Assembly (NCBI GenBank): GCA_048881705.1
Contig: JBHLSH010000001.1
Coordinates: 32,001-96,000 of the forward strand
Length of the DNA: 64,000 bases
Direction of reading: 5' to 3'
Origin: Candidatus Heimdallarchaeota archaeon
GTDB taxonomy: Archaea > Asgardarchaeota > Heimdallarchaeia > Hodarchaeales > Hodarchaeaceae
The translations under genes were made by a program, and so were the position numbers. The notes beneath the pieces are model-generated. The model was not told the origin of the DNA. It saw only the letters and a list, made by a program, of their open reading frames with translations, and did no database searches. Below, piece by piece: positions 48,057 to 57,997 of this stretch. Within the stretch, counting starts at the first letter, position 1; every line of letters starts with the position of its first letter.

Positions 48057-51000
48057 TCAGTCTAAATTAACGCTAGTTTTATTTTCAATAAAAAGCCTCA
48101 TAACAAGGGATAAATAGGCTTGAATCACGTTGTTTTGGGGATACGTCTCCTTGATTTTCTTTTTGATGTCTTTGTACTGCCTAAGATTCTCCTCTGGGTT
48201 TTCAGTAGGAGTATATCGAGGACGAAACATCCTAATGGCCCGATGCCAACGATTCAATTGGTTTGATACCTTAACCCATTCTACACGTTTTTGGTCAATA
48301 AAAGGGAGAAGCTCTAGAATGCGTTTCAAACTTTGAGAATGCGTGAGCTCCTCTCTTGCCTTGATGAGCTCAGAAAGAGGGTAAATTGAGTCTGAAGCTT
48401 CCTCAGAAAATCGAGAAAAGACTTCTTGAATACTAGAGTAGTATTTCAACTGCCCTAGTTCAGCCTGCAGAGCAATCGAGCGGTCTGCTTCCACGACCTT
48501 AATAGTATCGCTCACCTGTCTTGAAACTTGATTCAAACGAATTAAAGCCTCCGTCAGATGTCCCACATGAGTAACAGATGATAATTTCTGAAACACACCT
48601 ATCGCGGAAAAATCCAACCGATTATCTTGGCTTAAGTTTCGATTATGATATTGAGCTAGATAGTTAATCGCGGCGTTGATACTCTGTATGATTTGATCGC
48701 CCATGGACCGAATCTCTCTACACGCTGCTGAATCGGTTTGGAGGCTGTCAATCTCTGTAAAAACCTCAGTAATCTCCTTTATGTTAACATCTTCCTGATT
48801 TTTAACAAGTACTTGGGAGAAACGTTCAATGTAGCCTCCTACATGGCTGATGATAGATATTCCCATGTCTTTCAAATCATTGACATTTTTGAGAATCTTC
48901 TTCGATTCAACAACCGCTTGCGCCAGAAGAATAGCCACTATTTCGGTATCATACAAAAAGATCAGTTGTCTAAGTTTATTTGCCAGGCGTTCATGTGAGA
49001 CATCTTCGACCTCGAAATCTGCTATTTTTGTTTCTGCCGCGAAAACAGCTGCATCGACAGGTACAATCTCGTTTATTCTTGGAAGACTAACCCGTAGCCA
49101 ATTGTGGAGATTCTGATGCAGCTTTGCTAGGGAATTCTTAGCTAATTGTAATGATTCTAATGAATAACTCTCATAGATGTTAACCAACTGCACTATGTCC
49201 TTATGAGTCTTGATTTCTTCCATTCTCTCTCGCATAAGGGAAATAGGTTCCTCAAAGAATTCAGCATACTGAGGGGGCAGCTTGGAATAATCTTGAATGT
49301 GACTATGAATCTCCCGTTCCATCTGTTCTGTTAAGGCGGCCACACGCCGTTCTATATAAGCATTTAATTGCCAATACTCTGTTAAGGCTTCAGAGTAATC
49401 GAGAACATCAAATTCTCTTTCCGTGGAAAACGTAGGAGAGGTTCGACGTGATTTCAACAACCGATATAAGCGTTTATCTACCTCCTCCAAATTCTCAATC
49501 TGTTTTTTTAATTCTACCAATATCTCATTCTTATATTCTTCAATAGTTCTTAGAAATCCAATATATTCTTGGATCATGGCCTCCATGTTTCCGTCTTCTG
49601 ACAACTGATCGATATTACCAATAATCTCATTCCGCTTTTCACGAAGATCGAAACGTGTCTCAATAGGAATCAAAGGGAAGGGGATCGCTTTGAGATTCTC
49701 ACGAACTCGAGTTGCTATTTTGTATTTCCAGACAGGTATCTTTTCATATTCATCCAAGAGCTGGGGAAGCCCCTCTTCAGCTGCAATGGCGATACCATCT
49801 CGGAAGGCCTTCAAATCGTCTAGTGCTAAGACGGGAACATGAGCTTTTAATTTTGGAGGTATGGTTTCTAGGATTGTGAGTTGGCTGTATATTGGATTTA
49901 TCTCCGCATCAATCGCAGATAAGATCTCCGTGCGGATGGTTGATTTGAGACGAGTCAGGATGTCTATCTCTCTAACGAGTTCTCGTATTTCTTTGTCCTC
50001 CACACTCTTTTGTTTCCGCTGTGTCTCAATTTGTTGTGTTGTTGGTTCCGATAACAGCTTTTGGAGGCTTTCTCGAGAGTCTAACAAATTGAGAAGGTTT
50101 TGTCGCAGACTTTGCTGAGCTGGCTTGGAAAAAAACGCGACCAATCGGGTTTCCCAGTCCTTAATCTCGCGGGCTTTCGCAACCAATTCACTAGGAGCGA
50201 AATCCTTAAGGTCACGGATGATAGGAATTTGAGGTCCCTCACTAACGTTAATGGCTTCTTGAATGTATGGGTTCTCCAAAAGCCGATAGAAATACTGTTG
50301 ACAAGCATCAGCTAACATCGCTAGGAGATCGAAGTATCGTTGAACCAAGGCCATCCAGGTTGACATATTCTGAGCGTTTTTTGCATCTTTATCAATTATA
50401 CGGAGTTCTTTAGTAAATTCTTCTGGAATAGGTATCTTCATGGCTTTGATTGTCTTTCCTGCGTTCATGAGAGCGGCGGTGCTGATTAAATCCCTAGTTG
50501 CCAAGACTTGGTTTTGCTGCCATGTTCGGAGCTTTTCGATATCTCGGATAATTTCAGAAAGATCTGTTGTTGAAACATTTATTTCTGGAGCAGAAGCTAG
50601 GGAAGATTCTAGACCCAGTTTGCCCGAGATTTGGAGAATTCGGCCTATTCTTTCTTCAGTTTCAGCCTTTAAAGAGATTTCATATGTTCTAAGAGAGTTT
50701 AGGAATTCCGAGTTGAGTTCATTAAGTCCCTTTTCCCATAATATTAAGGATTCAACTGAGCTACTGTCTTCGGCATTGCTTTTAATTTCCTGAACTTGAT
50801 CCTTGAGAAGATTGATCTTGTCACCCAGCTCACTAGCCAAACTAATAGAGGTGACAGTGTCGAGATGTTGTTGAAGTTCGGAAGACATCTGGATGATCGC
50901 GACCTGAATCTTACCTTCGGTGCCTTTTCGGCGTTGTTTCAAATAGGCGCTTTCGGTCTCGAGATGATTATAGAGCTCAAGTAGATCAGAGACACCCATG

Positions 51001-51614
51001 ACGTGTACCGCATTTTTTGTTGTTCTCCTGGTTACCTGGATTTTTTCCTCATCAAAATCCACGAACTTGGTGTAAAGATCCAAGATCTCCCTATTATGAA
51101 CCAAAATTGCGATATTTTTTCCCCGTAAAATCTCCGAAATCTGGCTATGGGTCTTCAGGACGTTGGTACTGAAATTCAGAATCTGTTGAGGATCAAAACT
51201 AGGAATTTGAAGAGCCCGAATATTGTCAGTCTCTTGCGGGATAAATTTAGCGATTTCTTTGATGTTGTTAGCCAAATCAAAGTAAATCTTTCGATACCCA
51301 GTTAATAAGCTCTCTGTCAAATTCTCAGTAAGTTCGCGATATTTTCCTTCTTTTTGCGCCAAACTTTTCTTGAGACCACGCTTTTTGAAAAAACCTGCGT
51401 CAGGAAGGTCTTTTTTTATCCTTTCTATTTCAGTTACCAGCTTTTGTGCTTCGTTAAGCGGAGAGATAATTTGCACCATAGGATCTAATGACCTTAGTTC
51501 TGTAGCTAATCCACCAATCTCGTGCAGTTGTTCCTTTGAGACGTGACTCATGCGTGTATCTGATGACATAACCACCAATTCCACTAAATTCGAATTAAAG
51601 CTTATTAAGGGCAT
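48057..51614 (-). CDS. Giant alpha-helical repeat / coiled-coil protein (1185 aa; start may be ATG 51569)
   Basis: Entirely amphipathic helices with recurring 60-75-aa units; no Walker motifs or TM helices; GGTGG SD before 51569. Confidence 0.85.
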   Translation of the reverse strand: MPLISFNSNLVELVVMSSDTRMSHVSKEQLHEIGGLATELRSLDPMVQIISPLNEAQKLVTEIERIKKDLPDAGFFKKRGLKKSLAQKEGKYRELTENLTESLLTGYRKIYFDLANNIKEIAKFIPQETDNIRALQIPSFDPQQILNFSTNVLKTHSQISEILRGKNIAILVHNREILDLYTKFVDFDEEKIQVTRRTTKNAVHVMGVSDLLELYNHLETESAYLKQRRKGTEGKIQVAIIQMSSELQQHLDTVTSISLASELGDKINLLKDQVQEIKSNAEDSSSVESLILWEKGLNELNSEFLNSLRTYEISLKAETEERIGRILQISGKLGLESSLASAPEINVSTTDLSEIIRDIEKLRTWQQNQVLATRDLISTAALMNAGKTIKAMKIPIPEEFTKELRIIDKDAKNAQNMSTWMALVQRYFDLLAMLADACQQYFYRLLENPYIQEAINVSEGPQIPIIRDLKDFAPSELVAKAREIKDWETRLVAFFSKPAQQSLRQNLLNLLDSRESLQKLLSEPTTQQIETQRKQKSVEDKEIRELVREIDILTRLKSTIRTEILSAIDAEINPIYSQLTILETIPPKLKAHVPVLALDDLKAFRDGIAIAAEEGLPQLLDEYEKIPVWKYKIATRVRENLKAIPFPLIPIETRFDLREKRNEIIGNIDQLSEDGNMEAMIQEYIGFLRTIEEYKNEILVELKKQIENLEEVDKRLYRLLKSRRTSPTFSTEREFDVLDYSEALTEYWQLNAYIERRVAALTEQMEREIHSHIQDYSKLPPQYAEFFEEPISLMRERMEEIKTHKDIVQLVNIYESYSLESLQLAKNSLAKLHQNLHNWLRVSLPRINEIVPVDAAVFAAETKIADFEVEDVSHERLANKLRQLIFLYDTEIVAILLAQAVVESKKILKNVNDLKDMGISIISHVGGYIERFSQVLVKNQEDVNIKEITEVFTEIDSLQTDSAACREIRSMGDQIIQSINAAINYLAQYHNRNLSQDNRLDFSAIGVFQKLSSVTHVGHLTEALIRLNQVSRQVSDTIKVVEADRSIALQAELGQLKYYSSIQEVFSRFSEEASDSIYPLSELIKAREELTHSQSLKRILELLPFIDQKRVEWVKVSNQLNRWHRAIRMFRPRYTPTENPEENLRQYKDIKKKIKETYPQNNVIQAYLSLVMRLFIENKTSVNLD

Positions 51615-51730
51615 TTAATATTGAATCTAGATCAATGAAATTATAGTTCCTTTTAAATTCTTATCATTTGGAAGTCCTGATTACGGTTGAAAACTGTATG
51701 TGACATCATGTATGAGAGATTCAATATGCT

Positions 51731-53356
51731 GTGGTGATAGAAATCGAAATTTTTGATCTGATTATTCGTAATGGAGCCATATTCGATGGTAGTGGAAACC
51801 CCCCTTTCCGTGGAGATATAGCCATCAATGATGATCGTATCAGAGCAATAGGATCATTAGAAAGAGAACACGCAAAGCAAGAAATCGATGCAAATAATCT
51901 GGCTATAGCCCCAGGATTCATTAATATGCTCAGCTGGGCGTGTGATTCATTAATTGAGGATGGTAGGTCATTAAGTGATATAAAACAGGGAATCACTCTG
52001 GAGATTTTCGGCGAGGGATGGTCAATGGGACCACTAAATGATCAGATGAAAGAGGAATCACTCAAAAGGCAGGGAGATATCAAATATGATATCTCTTGGA
52101 CGACTCTATCAGAATACCTGGAATACTTAGAAAAAAAAGGAGTTGCCCCGAATATTGCATCTTTTGTGGGTGCAACGACCGTCAGAATTCATGCGCTTGG
52201 ATATGAAGATCGAAACCCAACTGAGGATGAAATGTATGAGATGACAGAATTGGTTGATCAAGCAATGCGAGAGGGCGCTCTCGGGGTTGCTTCTGCATTA
52301 ATATATCCACCTGCGTTTTATGCGGAGACGGAAGAGTTAATAGAACTTTGTAAGGTAGCAGCCAGATATGATGGCATGTATATAACTCATCTCAGGAGTG
52401 AAGGAGCGAAATTCCATGAAGCAATTGATGAATTAATCAGTATTGCAAAGGCAGCAAATATTCGGGCCGAAATTTATCATTTGAAGGCGGCTGGCAAAAA
52501 TAATTGGTATAAACTGGATTCAGCAATACAAAAAATCAATGATGCAAGAAAACATGGGATTCAGATTACGACTGATTGTTACACTTATACTGCAGGAGCT
52601 ACGGGATTATCATCATCTTTTCCTCCTTGGACTTATGAAGGAGGGCATGATGAATTCATTAAAAGGCTAAAAGATCCAGACCTAAGAAAAAGGATAATGA
52701 CAGAGGCGCAAGAACAAACTGATGACTGGGAAAATCTTTTTTTGGAATCTGGCCCTGAAAATATGCTTTTAGTCTCCTTTAAATCCGATGACCTTAAGGT
52801 TTTAACGGGAAAAACATTAGCACAAGTAGCAAAAGATAGAGGAACTTCCCCTCTCACTACAGCAATGGACTTGATTATTGAAGATGACAGTAGAGTCGGA
52901 ACGGTGTATTTTATGATGTCGGAAGACAATGTGGCAAAGAAGATCCAACTTCCCTACATGTCTTTTGGATCCGATGCCGCTAGTGTTGCCTCGGAGGGTG
53001 TTTTTTTAAAATCAAATCCGCACCCAAGAGCTTATGGGAACGTCGCCAAATTACTGGGACATTATTGTCGTGAGGAAAAGCTACTCCCACTGGAGGAAGC
53101 AATAAGAAAACTCTCCTCACTTCCAGCTAGTAACCTGAGAATTCAGGATAGAGGAGCTCTAAAAGAGGGATTTTTTGCCGATATCGCCGTTTTTGATCCA
53201 AATAAAATAATCGATAATGCCACCTACGAGAATCCACATCATTATGCCTCAGGTATGATTCATGTATTTGTTAATGGAACTCAGGTGTTAAAAGACGGAA
53301 AACCCACCAATAAAACTCCAGGACGGGTAGTTAGAGGGCCCGGCTGGAATTATTGA
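51731..53356 (+). CDS. N-acyl-D-amino-acid deacylase (D-aminoacylase family amidohydrolase)
   Basis: IRNGAIFDGSG, APGFINMLSW, THLRSEG, FGSDA, PHPRAYG, GFFADIAVFDP. Confidence 0.9.
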   Translation: MVIEIEIFDLIIRNGAIFDGSGNPPFRGDIAINDDRIRAIGSLEREHAKQEIDANNLAIAPGFINMLSWACDSLIEDGRSLSDIKQGITLEIFGEGWSMGPLNDQMKEESLKRQGDIKYDISWTTLSEYLEYLEKKGVAPNIASFVGATTVRIHALGYEDRNPTEDEMYEMTELVDQAMREGALGVASALIYPPAFYAETEELIELCKVAARYDGMYITHLRSEGAKFHEAIDELISIAKAANIRAEIYHLKAAGKNNWYKLDSAIQKINDARKHGIQITTDCYTYTAGATGLSSSFPPWTYEGGHDEFIKRLKDPDLRKRIMTEAQEQTDDWENLFLESGPENMLLVSFKSDDLKVLTGKTLAQVAKDRGTSPLTTAMDLIIEDDSRVGTVYFMMSEDNVAKKIQLPYMSFGSDAASVASEGVFLKSNPHPRAYGNVAKLLGHYCREEKLLPLEEAIRKLSSLPASNLRIQDRGALKEGFFADIAVFDPNKIIDNATYENPHHYASGMIHVFVNGTQVLKDGKPTNKTPGRVVRGPGWNY

Positions 53357-53487
53357 TTTTCTAACTCCATCTCTTATTCCAAGAGGTGCAGGATATATGG
53401 CAAATCTGAAACCAATCCAGGACGGATATCCCTTAAGTCATAAAGCTTTCTGTCTGAGCCCGAGATGTATCAAGGCATAGACGTTTA

Positions 53488-54297
53488 ATGGTCAATCTGA
53501 TGAATTCAGTCACTTGTTTACTCTTAAGTATTGGCAATGAACTGGTGCTAGGAAAGACAATTAATTCTAATGCATCGTTTCTAGCAGATCAATTAACAAG
53601 AATCGGTACCGTCGTTACAAAAATTGTAACAATACCTGATGACGAAAAAATGGTTGTAAAAGAGATAAACCAGGCCTTAAAAGAAAATTATCGAATAATA
53701 ATAGTTACTGGGGGCTTGGGCCCAACTTGGGATGATTCGACGGCTGCTTTCCTAGCCAAGGCATTAAATGTCAGGATGGTCTTAGATTCAAAGGCTTTGG
53801 AAATGGTTACCAAACGCTACCAAGAGTTATATGACTTAGACCTGGTTAAAACAGCGGAGATAACGGAGGCCCGAAGAAAAATGGCATTTCTACCAGAAGG
53901 AACCAAACCTGTTGAAAATTCAATAGGAACCGCGCCAGGAATCTTTTATGAGCACCATACTTTCAATACTTGTATTTATTGTCTACCTGGCGTTCCACGG
54001 GAGATGGAGGTGATGTATACGATCATAGAACCGCATATCATTACATTAATCAAAGCCCAAGATGCCCACTACTTCGAAATCAATTATACGACCTCTTTTA
54101 CGGATGAATCCCTATTGGCGCCGTTTTTGGAAAAGGTAAGAGAGAAATATGATGTATGGATAAAATCGTTCCCCACTTCTGGTGCAATCAAGCTTATAAT
54201 TTCCAAATCAGGCCAAGAAAGTGTTAGAAAAGAGGTTGAGGACGCAAAACTGTACCTAGATAATTTGATTGATGACAAAAATAGAACTGCTCACTAG
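53488..54297 (+). CDS. CinA N-terminal (molybdopterin-binding-like) protein
   Basis: SIGNELVLGKTINSNA, TGGLGPTWDD, NSIGTAPG, LPGVPREM. Confidence 0.92.
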   Translation: MVNLMNSVTCLLLSIGNELVLGKTINSNASFLADQLTRIGTVVTKIVTIPDDEKMVVKEINQALKENYRIIIVTGGLGPTWDDSTAAFLAKALNVRMVLDSKALEMVTKRYQELYDLDLVKTAEITEARRKMAFLPEGTKPVENSIGTAPGIFYEHHTFNTCIYCLPGVPREMEVMYTIIEPHIITLIKAQDAHYFEINYTTSFTDESLLAPFLEKVREKYDVWIKSFPTSGAIKLIISKSGQESVRKEVEDAKLYLDNLIDDKNRTAH

Positions 54298-54490
54298 ATA
54301 ATGATGAGATTTCCAATCAAGGAAATATGTCTTTAAGGGAAGTACTCGTATCAGGAATCTCTTTAATGCTAGTTCTCAGTCGGAGTACCAAAAGGCATAA
54401 AATATGATTGGAAGTGTATTAGGTCATAAATGGCCTGGCCATTTAAAAGATAAATTATAGCAATCTTAATAGAAAGATCTACTATCACTT

Positions 54491-56812
54491 ATGGATAGTG
54501 AGGAACATTTGTCAACTAATGGTAAATTACTCCTATTAAAGGTCGCCGAGGCAAATCAGAGTGATGTTGGTCGAGGATTAGTTCGGATTGACTATAAGAT
54601 CATGAGAGAATCCAATCTTGAGACTGGTGATATAGTAGAGATTAGTAAAGATCCAGGTAATGGGCGGAAAACGGGTGCCCTAGTAATTCCTGGACGCCAA
54701 GAAGATCGGGGAAAGCGTATTATTCGCATGGATGGCCTGATTCGCGGGAATGTAGGAACGTCTCTGGGAGAAACGGTTCGCGTTAGACCAATCAAAAAAC
54801 GTATTGCACGGCGAATTGTAATTGCTCCTGCTGAGGAACGCATACGATTATTAGTAAAACCTGAAATCATCCAAGAACGTCTTCAGAATCACCCGTTATC
54901 GCGTGGTGATCTACTGGTCATTATGGGGCAAATTCGGAAGATTCCCCCCTCAGGCGGACCGGGTACAGGTACTGGGATGGACGACTTTATTTCAAGGTTT
55001 TTTGGTGCTTCCCGCCCCGTAAGTCTCGGGGAAATAAAGGTGGTAGTCGTATCTACAGACCCTGATGGCATTGTGACGGTAGGGGAATCCACAATCGTAG
55101 AGATCATTGAAGAGGCTCCAAAGGATCTTCGAATGTTACCACGTGTAACCTATGAGGACATTGGAGGTCTCTCAGAAGAGATTAAGCGAGTACGGGAGAT
55201 GATTGAGTTACCGATGAAACACCCCGAACTGTTCGAGCGGCTGGGTATTGATCCGCCAAAAGGGGTGTTGTTGCACGGGCCCCCAGGGACAGGAAAAACT
55301 TTGTTGGCTAAAGCGGTGGCCAATGAATCTGGAGTTAATTTTGTCTCCATTGCAGGCCCCGAAATAATGAGCAAATTTTATGGAGAGAGCGAACAACGTA
55401 TTCGGGAGATCTTCAAACAATCCGAAAAAGATGCCCCCAGCATCATTTTTATTGATGAACTTGACTCGATAGCGGCCAAACGCGAAGAAGTGACTGGAGA
55501 AGTCGAACGCCGAGTCGTTGCACAACTTCTCGCACTAATGGATGGATTGAAAAGCCGAGGTAAAGTAATTGTGATTGGGGCAACTAATCGGCCTAATGCG
55601 CTTGATCCTGCCCTCCGAAGGCCTGGGCGCTTTGATAGGGAGATAGAAATTGGGGTACCCGACCAAAATGGACGGTACGAGGTTCTTCTTGTCCATACAC
55701 GAGGTATGCCGTTGGCTGAAGATGTTGACCTAAGAGAATACGCAGCTAAGACGCATGGATTTGTTGGAGCTGATCTTGCTGCGCTAATCAAAGAGGCTGC
55801 TATGCATACTCTTCGTAAAATCCTCCCTAAGATCGATTTTGATAAACCTCTAACCCCAGAAATATTGTCAAAGTTAATAGTGTCCAATGAAAACTTTGAT
55901 GAGGCATTAAAAATAACTGAACCCTCAGCCATGCGAGAAGTATTACTTGAAATACCGAATATCAGATGGGAGGATATAGGAGGCCTTGAGGATGTTAAAC
56001 AACAGCTGAAAGAAGCGGTGGAATGGCCAATCACATATCCTCAAATCTTTAAAAAACATGGGGTCACCCCACCGCATGGAATTCTGTTATATGGCCCCCC
56101 TGGGACCGGAAAAACCTTGTTAGCTAAGGCAGTAGCCACTGAAAGCCAAGCGAATTTCATCGCAATTCGCGGCCCAGAGCTTCTTTCGAAATGGGTGGGT
56201 GAGAGTGAAAAGGCTATAAGAGATGTGTTCCGTAAGGCCAAACAAGCTAGCCCTTCGATTATATTTCTAGATGAACTAGATGCCATTGCTCCACGTCGAG
56301 GGGTTTTTAGCGGCGGAAGTCATGTAATGGAAAGCGTGGTAAATCAAATCCTGTCATTGATAGATGGTCTTGAGAATCTGAGAGATGTTGTAGTGCTAGC
56401 AGCCTCAAATCGACCAGATATGATTGATCCAGCCCTTCTAAGACCAGGCAGGTTTGATCGGCTGCTTTTGGTTAAATCCCCAGATGTTTCTTCACGTGAA
56501 AAAATCTTACGAATCCACACACGGAAAATGCGGTTAGGAAAAGACGTTAATCTGGTTCAGTTGGCAGATGATCTTGAAAGTTATGTTGGTGCCGATATTG
56601 AAGCTATATGCCGGGAAGCAGTGATGATTGCACTACGAGACGATCTAAATATTGAAACAATTGAAATGAGGCATTTTGAAGCTGCAAAAAAGATTGTTCA
56701 TGCCAGTTCTGGACCAGAAATTGAGCAACGATTCCAAGAACTAGAACGAAAACTCCTTGGCAAGTCAGAAATCGGGAGAAAAGACGTCCTTGGCTTGAAG
56801 GATTATCTATGA
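54491..56812 (+). CDS. cdc48: CDC48/VAT AAA+ ATPase
   Basis: N-domain plus two AAA modules (GPPGTGKT twice; FIDELD, FLDELD; RPGRFDR twice). Confidence 0.97.
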   Translation: MDSEEHLSTNGKLLLLKVAEANQSDVGRGLVRIDYKIMRESNLETGDIVEISKDPGNGRKTGALVIPGRQEDRGKRIIRMDGLIRGNVGTSLGETVRVRPIKKRIARRIVIAPAEERIRLLVKPEIIQERLQNHPLSRGDLLVIMGQIRKIPPSGGPGTGTGMDDFISRFFGASRPVSLGEIKVVVVSTDPDGIVTVGESTIVEIIEEAPKDLRMLPRVTYEDIGGLSEEIKRVREMIELPMKHPELFERLGIDPPKGVLLHGPPGTGKTLLAKAVANESGVNFVSIAGPEIMSKFYGESEQRIREIFKQSEKDAPSIIFIDELDSIAAKREEVTGEVERRVVAQLLALMDGLKSRGKVIVIGATNRPNALDPALRRPGRFDREIEIGVPDQNGRYEVLLVHTRGMPLAEDVDLREYAAKTHGFVGADLAALIKEAAMHTLRKILPKIDFDKPLTPEILSKLIVSNENFDEALKITEPSAMREVLLEIPNIRWEDIGGLEDVKQQLKEAVEWPITYPQIFKKHGVTPPHGILLYGPPGTGKTLLAKAVATESQANFIAIRGPELLSKWVGESEKAIRDVFRKAKQASPSIIFLDELDAIAPRRGVFSGGSHVMESVVNQILSLIDGLENLRDVVVLAASNRPDMIDPALLRPGRFDRLLLVKSPDVSSREKILRIHTRKMRLGKDVNLVQLADDLESYVGADIEAICREAVMIALRDDLNIETIEMRHFEAAKKIVHASSGPEIEQRFQELERKLLGKSEIGRKDVLGLKDYL

Positions 56813-56838
56813 TTTACCAAAACCGTCTTCATTTTCGA

Positions 56839-57777
56839 TCAGGAAGATCTCTTTTTATAGAGATCCAATGGCCATTGTTTTTCAAACATCCGTCGTAATA
56901 CAGCCGACGAGAATTGTTCAATTTCGATGGGTTGGGCGGCTGACTTCATTATCCGCTCTGAAATCAGCTTTGCTCGTACTACCGAATCCGAATATCCAAT
57001 GATGAGCCCTACCACCAAGGGATAGTTTTTCACGATGACCAACTGCAAATCCGATGCTGTTACTACCTCCATTCCAACTGGATTTTCATCCAATCTTGAT
57101 ACCGTTTCGGAGAGTCCAGCATTTATCGCATCTAGAATCTCAGGATTAACCGATACAAACTTGGTGGTATAAATTTTGTGGGATTCAAGGTCGATAAGGA
57201 TAACCTGACGAACTTTGCACTTAAATGTTGATTCTTTTCCCGCGATAACGTCGGCGAGCCAGTCGAAGGCATCATAGAAGTTTTCTCCTGTTTTTGCTGA
57301 TACACGAAATAGACCCACGGGTCTATTTGTAGAACGAGTGGCCCGTGTTAAATCCAAATCCTGGACAATTAGTTCAAAGGCACGTGCTCCAGGTAGGTCT
57401 ATTTTATTCGCGATGAATAACACAGGTGCTTTTTCGTTGCGTTTAATAGAATCCCAAAAAGCATCTGAAGCTTCAGAGATACGAATATCAGCGCTATCTA
57501 GGACGAATACAATTGCATTAGCTTTATCTAGGGAGGCATCCCAGAGTAAATTTCTGTAAATTTGTTGCCCACCAAGATCCACGAGATTAAACTCTATTTG
57601 TCGGTATTTTACTGTACGATAATTAACCCCTAATGTTCTAGTTGTAGGAATGAACTCTGAACGAAGTAAGCGGTTCACAATCGTAGTCTTACCAGCTCCA
57701 TCTAATCCGATAATGACGATTTGACTTGTTTCTGTTTTTGGCTTTCCTTTAAAGAACCTTCTAAGGATACTCGACAT
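56839..57777 (-). CDS. Arf-like small GTPase fused to C-terminal longin/roadblock-like domain
   Basis: GLDGAGKT, DLGGQ, NKID, VSAK; amphipathic N-terminus MSSILRRFF; about 135-aa beta/alpha C-terminal domain. Confidence 0.92.
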   Translation of the reverse strand: MSSILRRFFKGKPKTETSQIVIIGLDGAGKTTIVNRLLRSEFIPTTRTLGVNYRTVKYRQIEFNLVDLGGQQIYRNLLWDASLDKANAIVFVLDSADIRISEASDAFWDSIKRNEKAPVLFIANKIDLPGARAFELIVQDLDLTRATRSTNRPVGLFRVSAKTGENFYDAFDWLADVIAGKESTFKCKVRQVILIDLESHKIYTTKFVSVNPEILDAINAGLSETVSRLDENPVGMEVVTASDLQLVIVKNYPLVVGLIIGYSDSVVRAKLISERIMKSAAQPIEIEQFSSAVLRRMFEKQWPLDLYKKRSS

Positions 57778-57997
57778 GATTCAGAACCTTGTTAATCTAG
57801 GCTTACTCATCATTAGAAAAAGGTCAATTATGGTCTTGTGCAATCATGAAATTACTGGAGGAGGTTTTGAAAATAAGATTATTTAAATGATCCAAATAAA
57901 ACGCTCTCTTGATCTGAACTAAAGGCATTGATATCACTCAAAATCCTTATTTGACATGTAGTTCGGGATCTAAAAAACGGTATGGAACGAATTCAAC

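Noticed and set aside
48057-51614. SMC/Rad50-type ATPase
   Set aside because: No Walker A/B, ABC signature, hinge or CxxC hook.
54592-56286. Long antisense ORFs opposite cdc48 (e.g. 55378-56034)
   Set aside because: Typical antisense shadows of a conserved gene; Ser-rich translations with no motifs. The same applies to those opposite valS, nhaA and hef.
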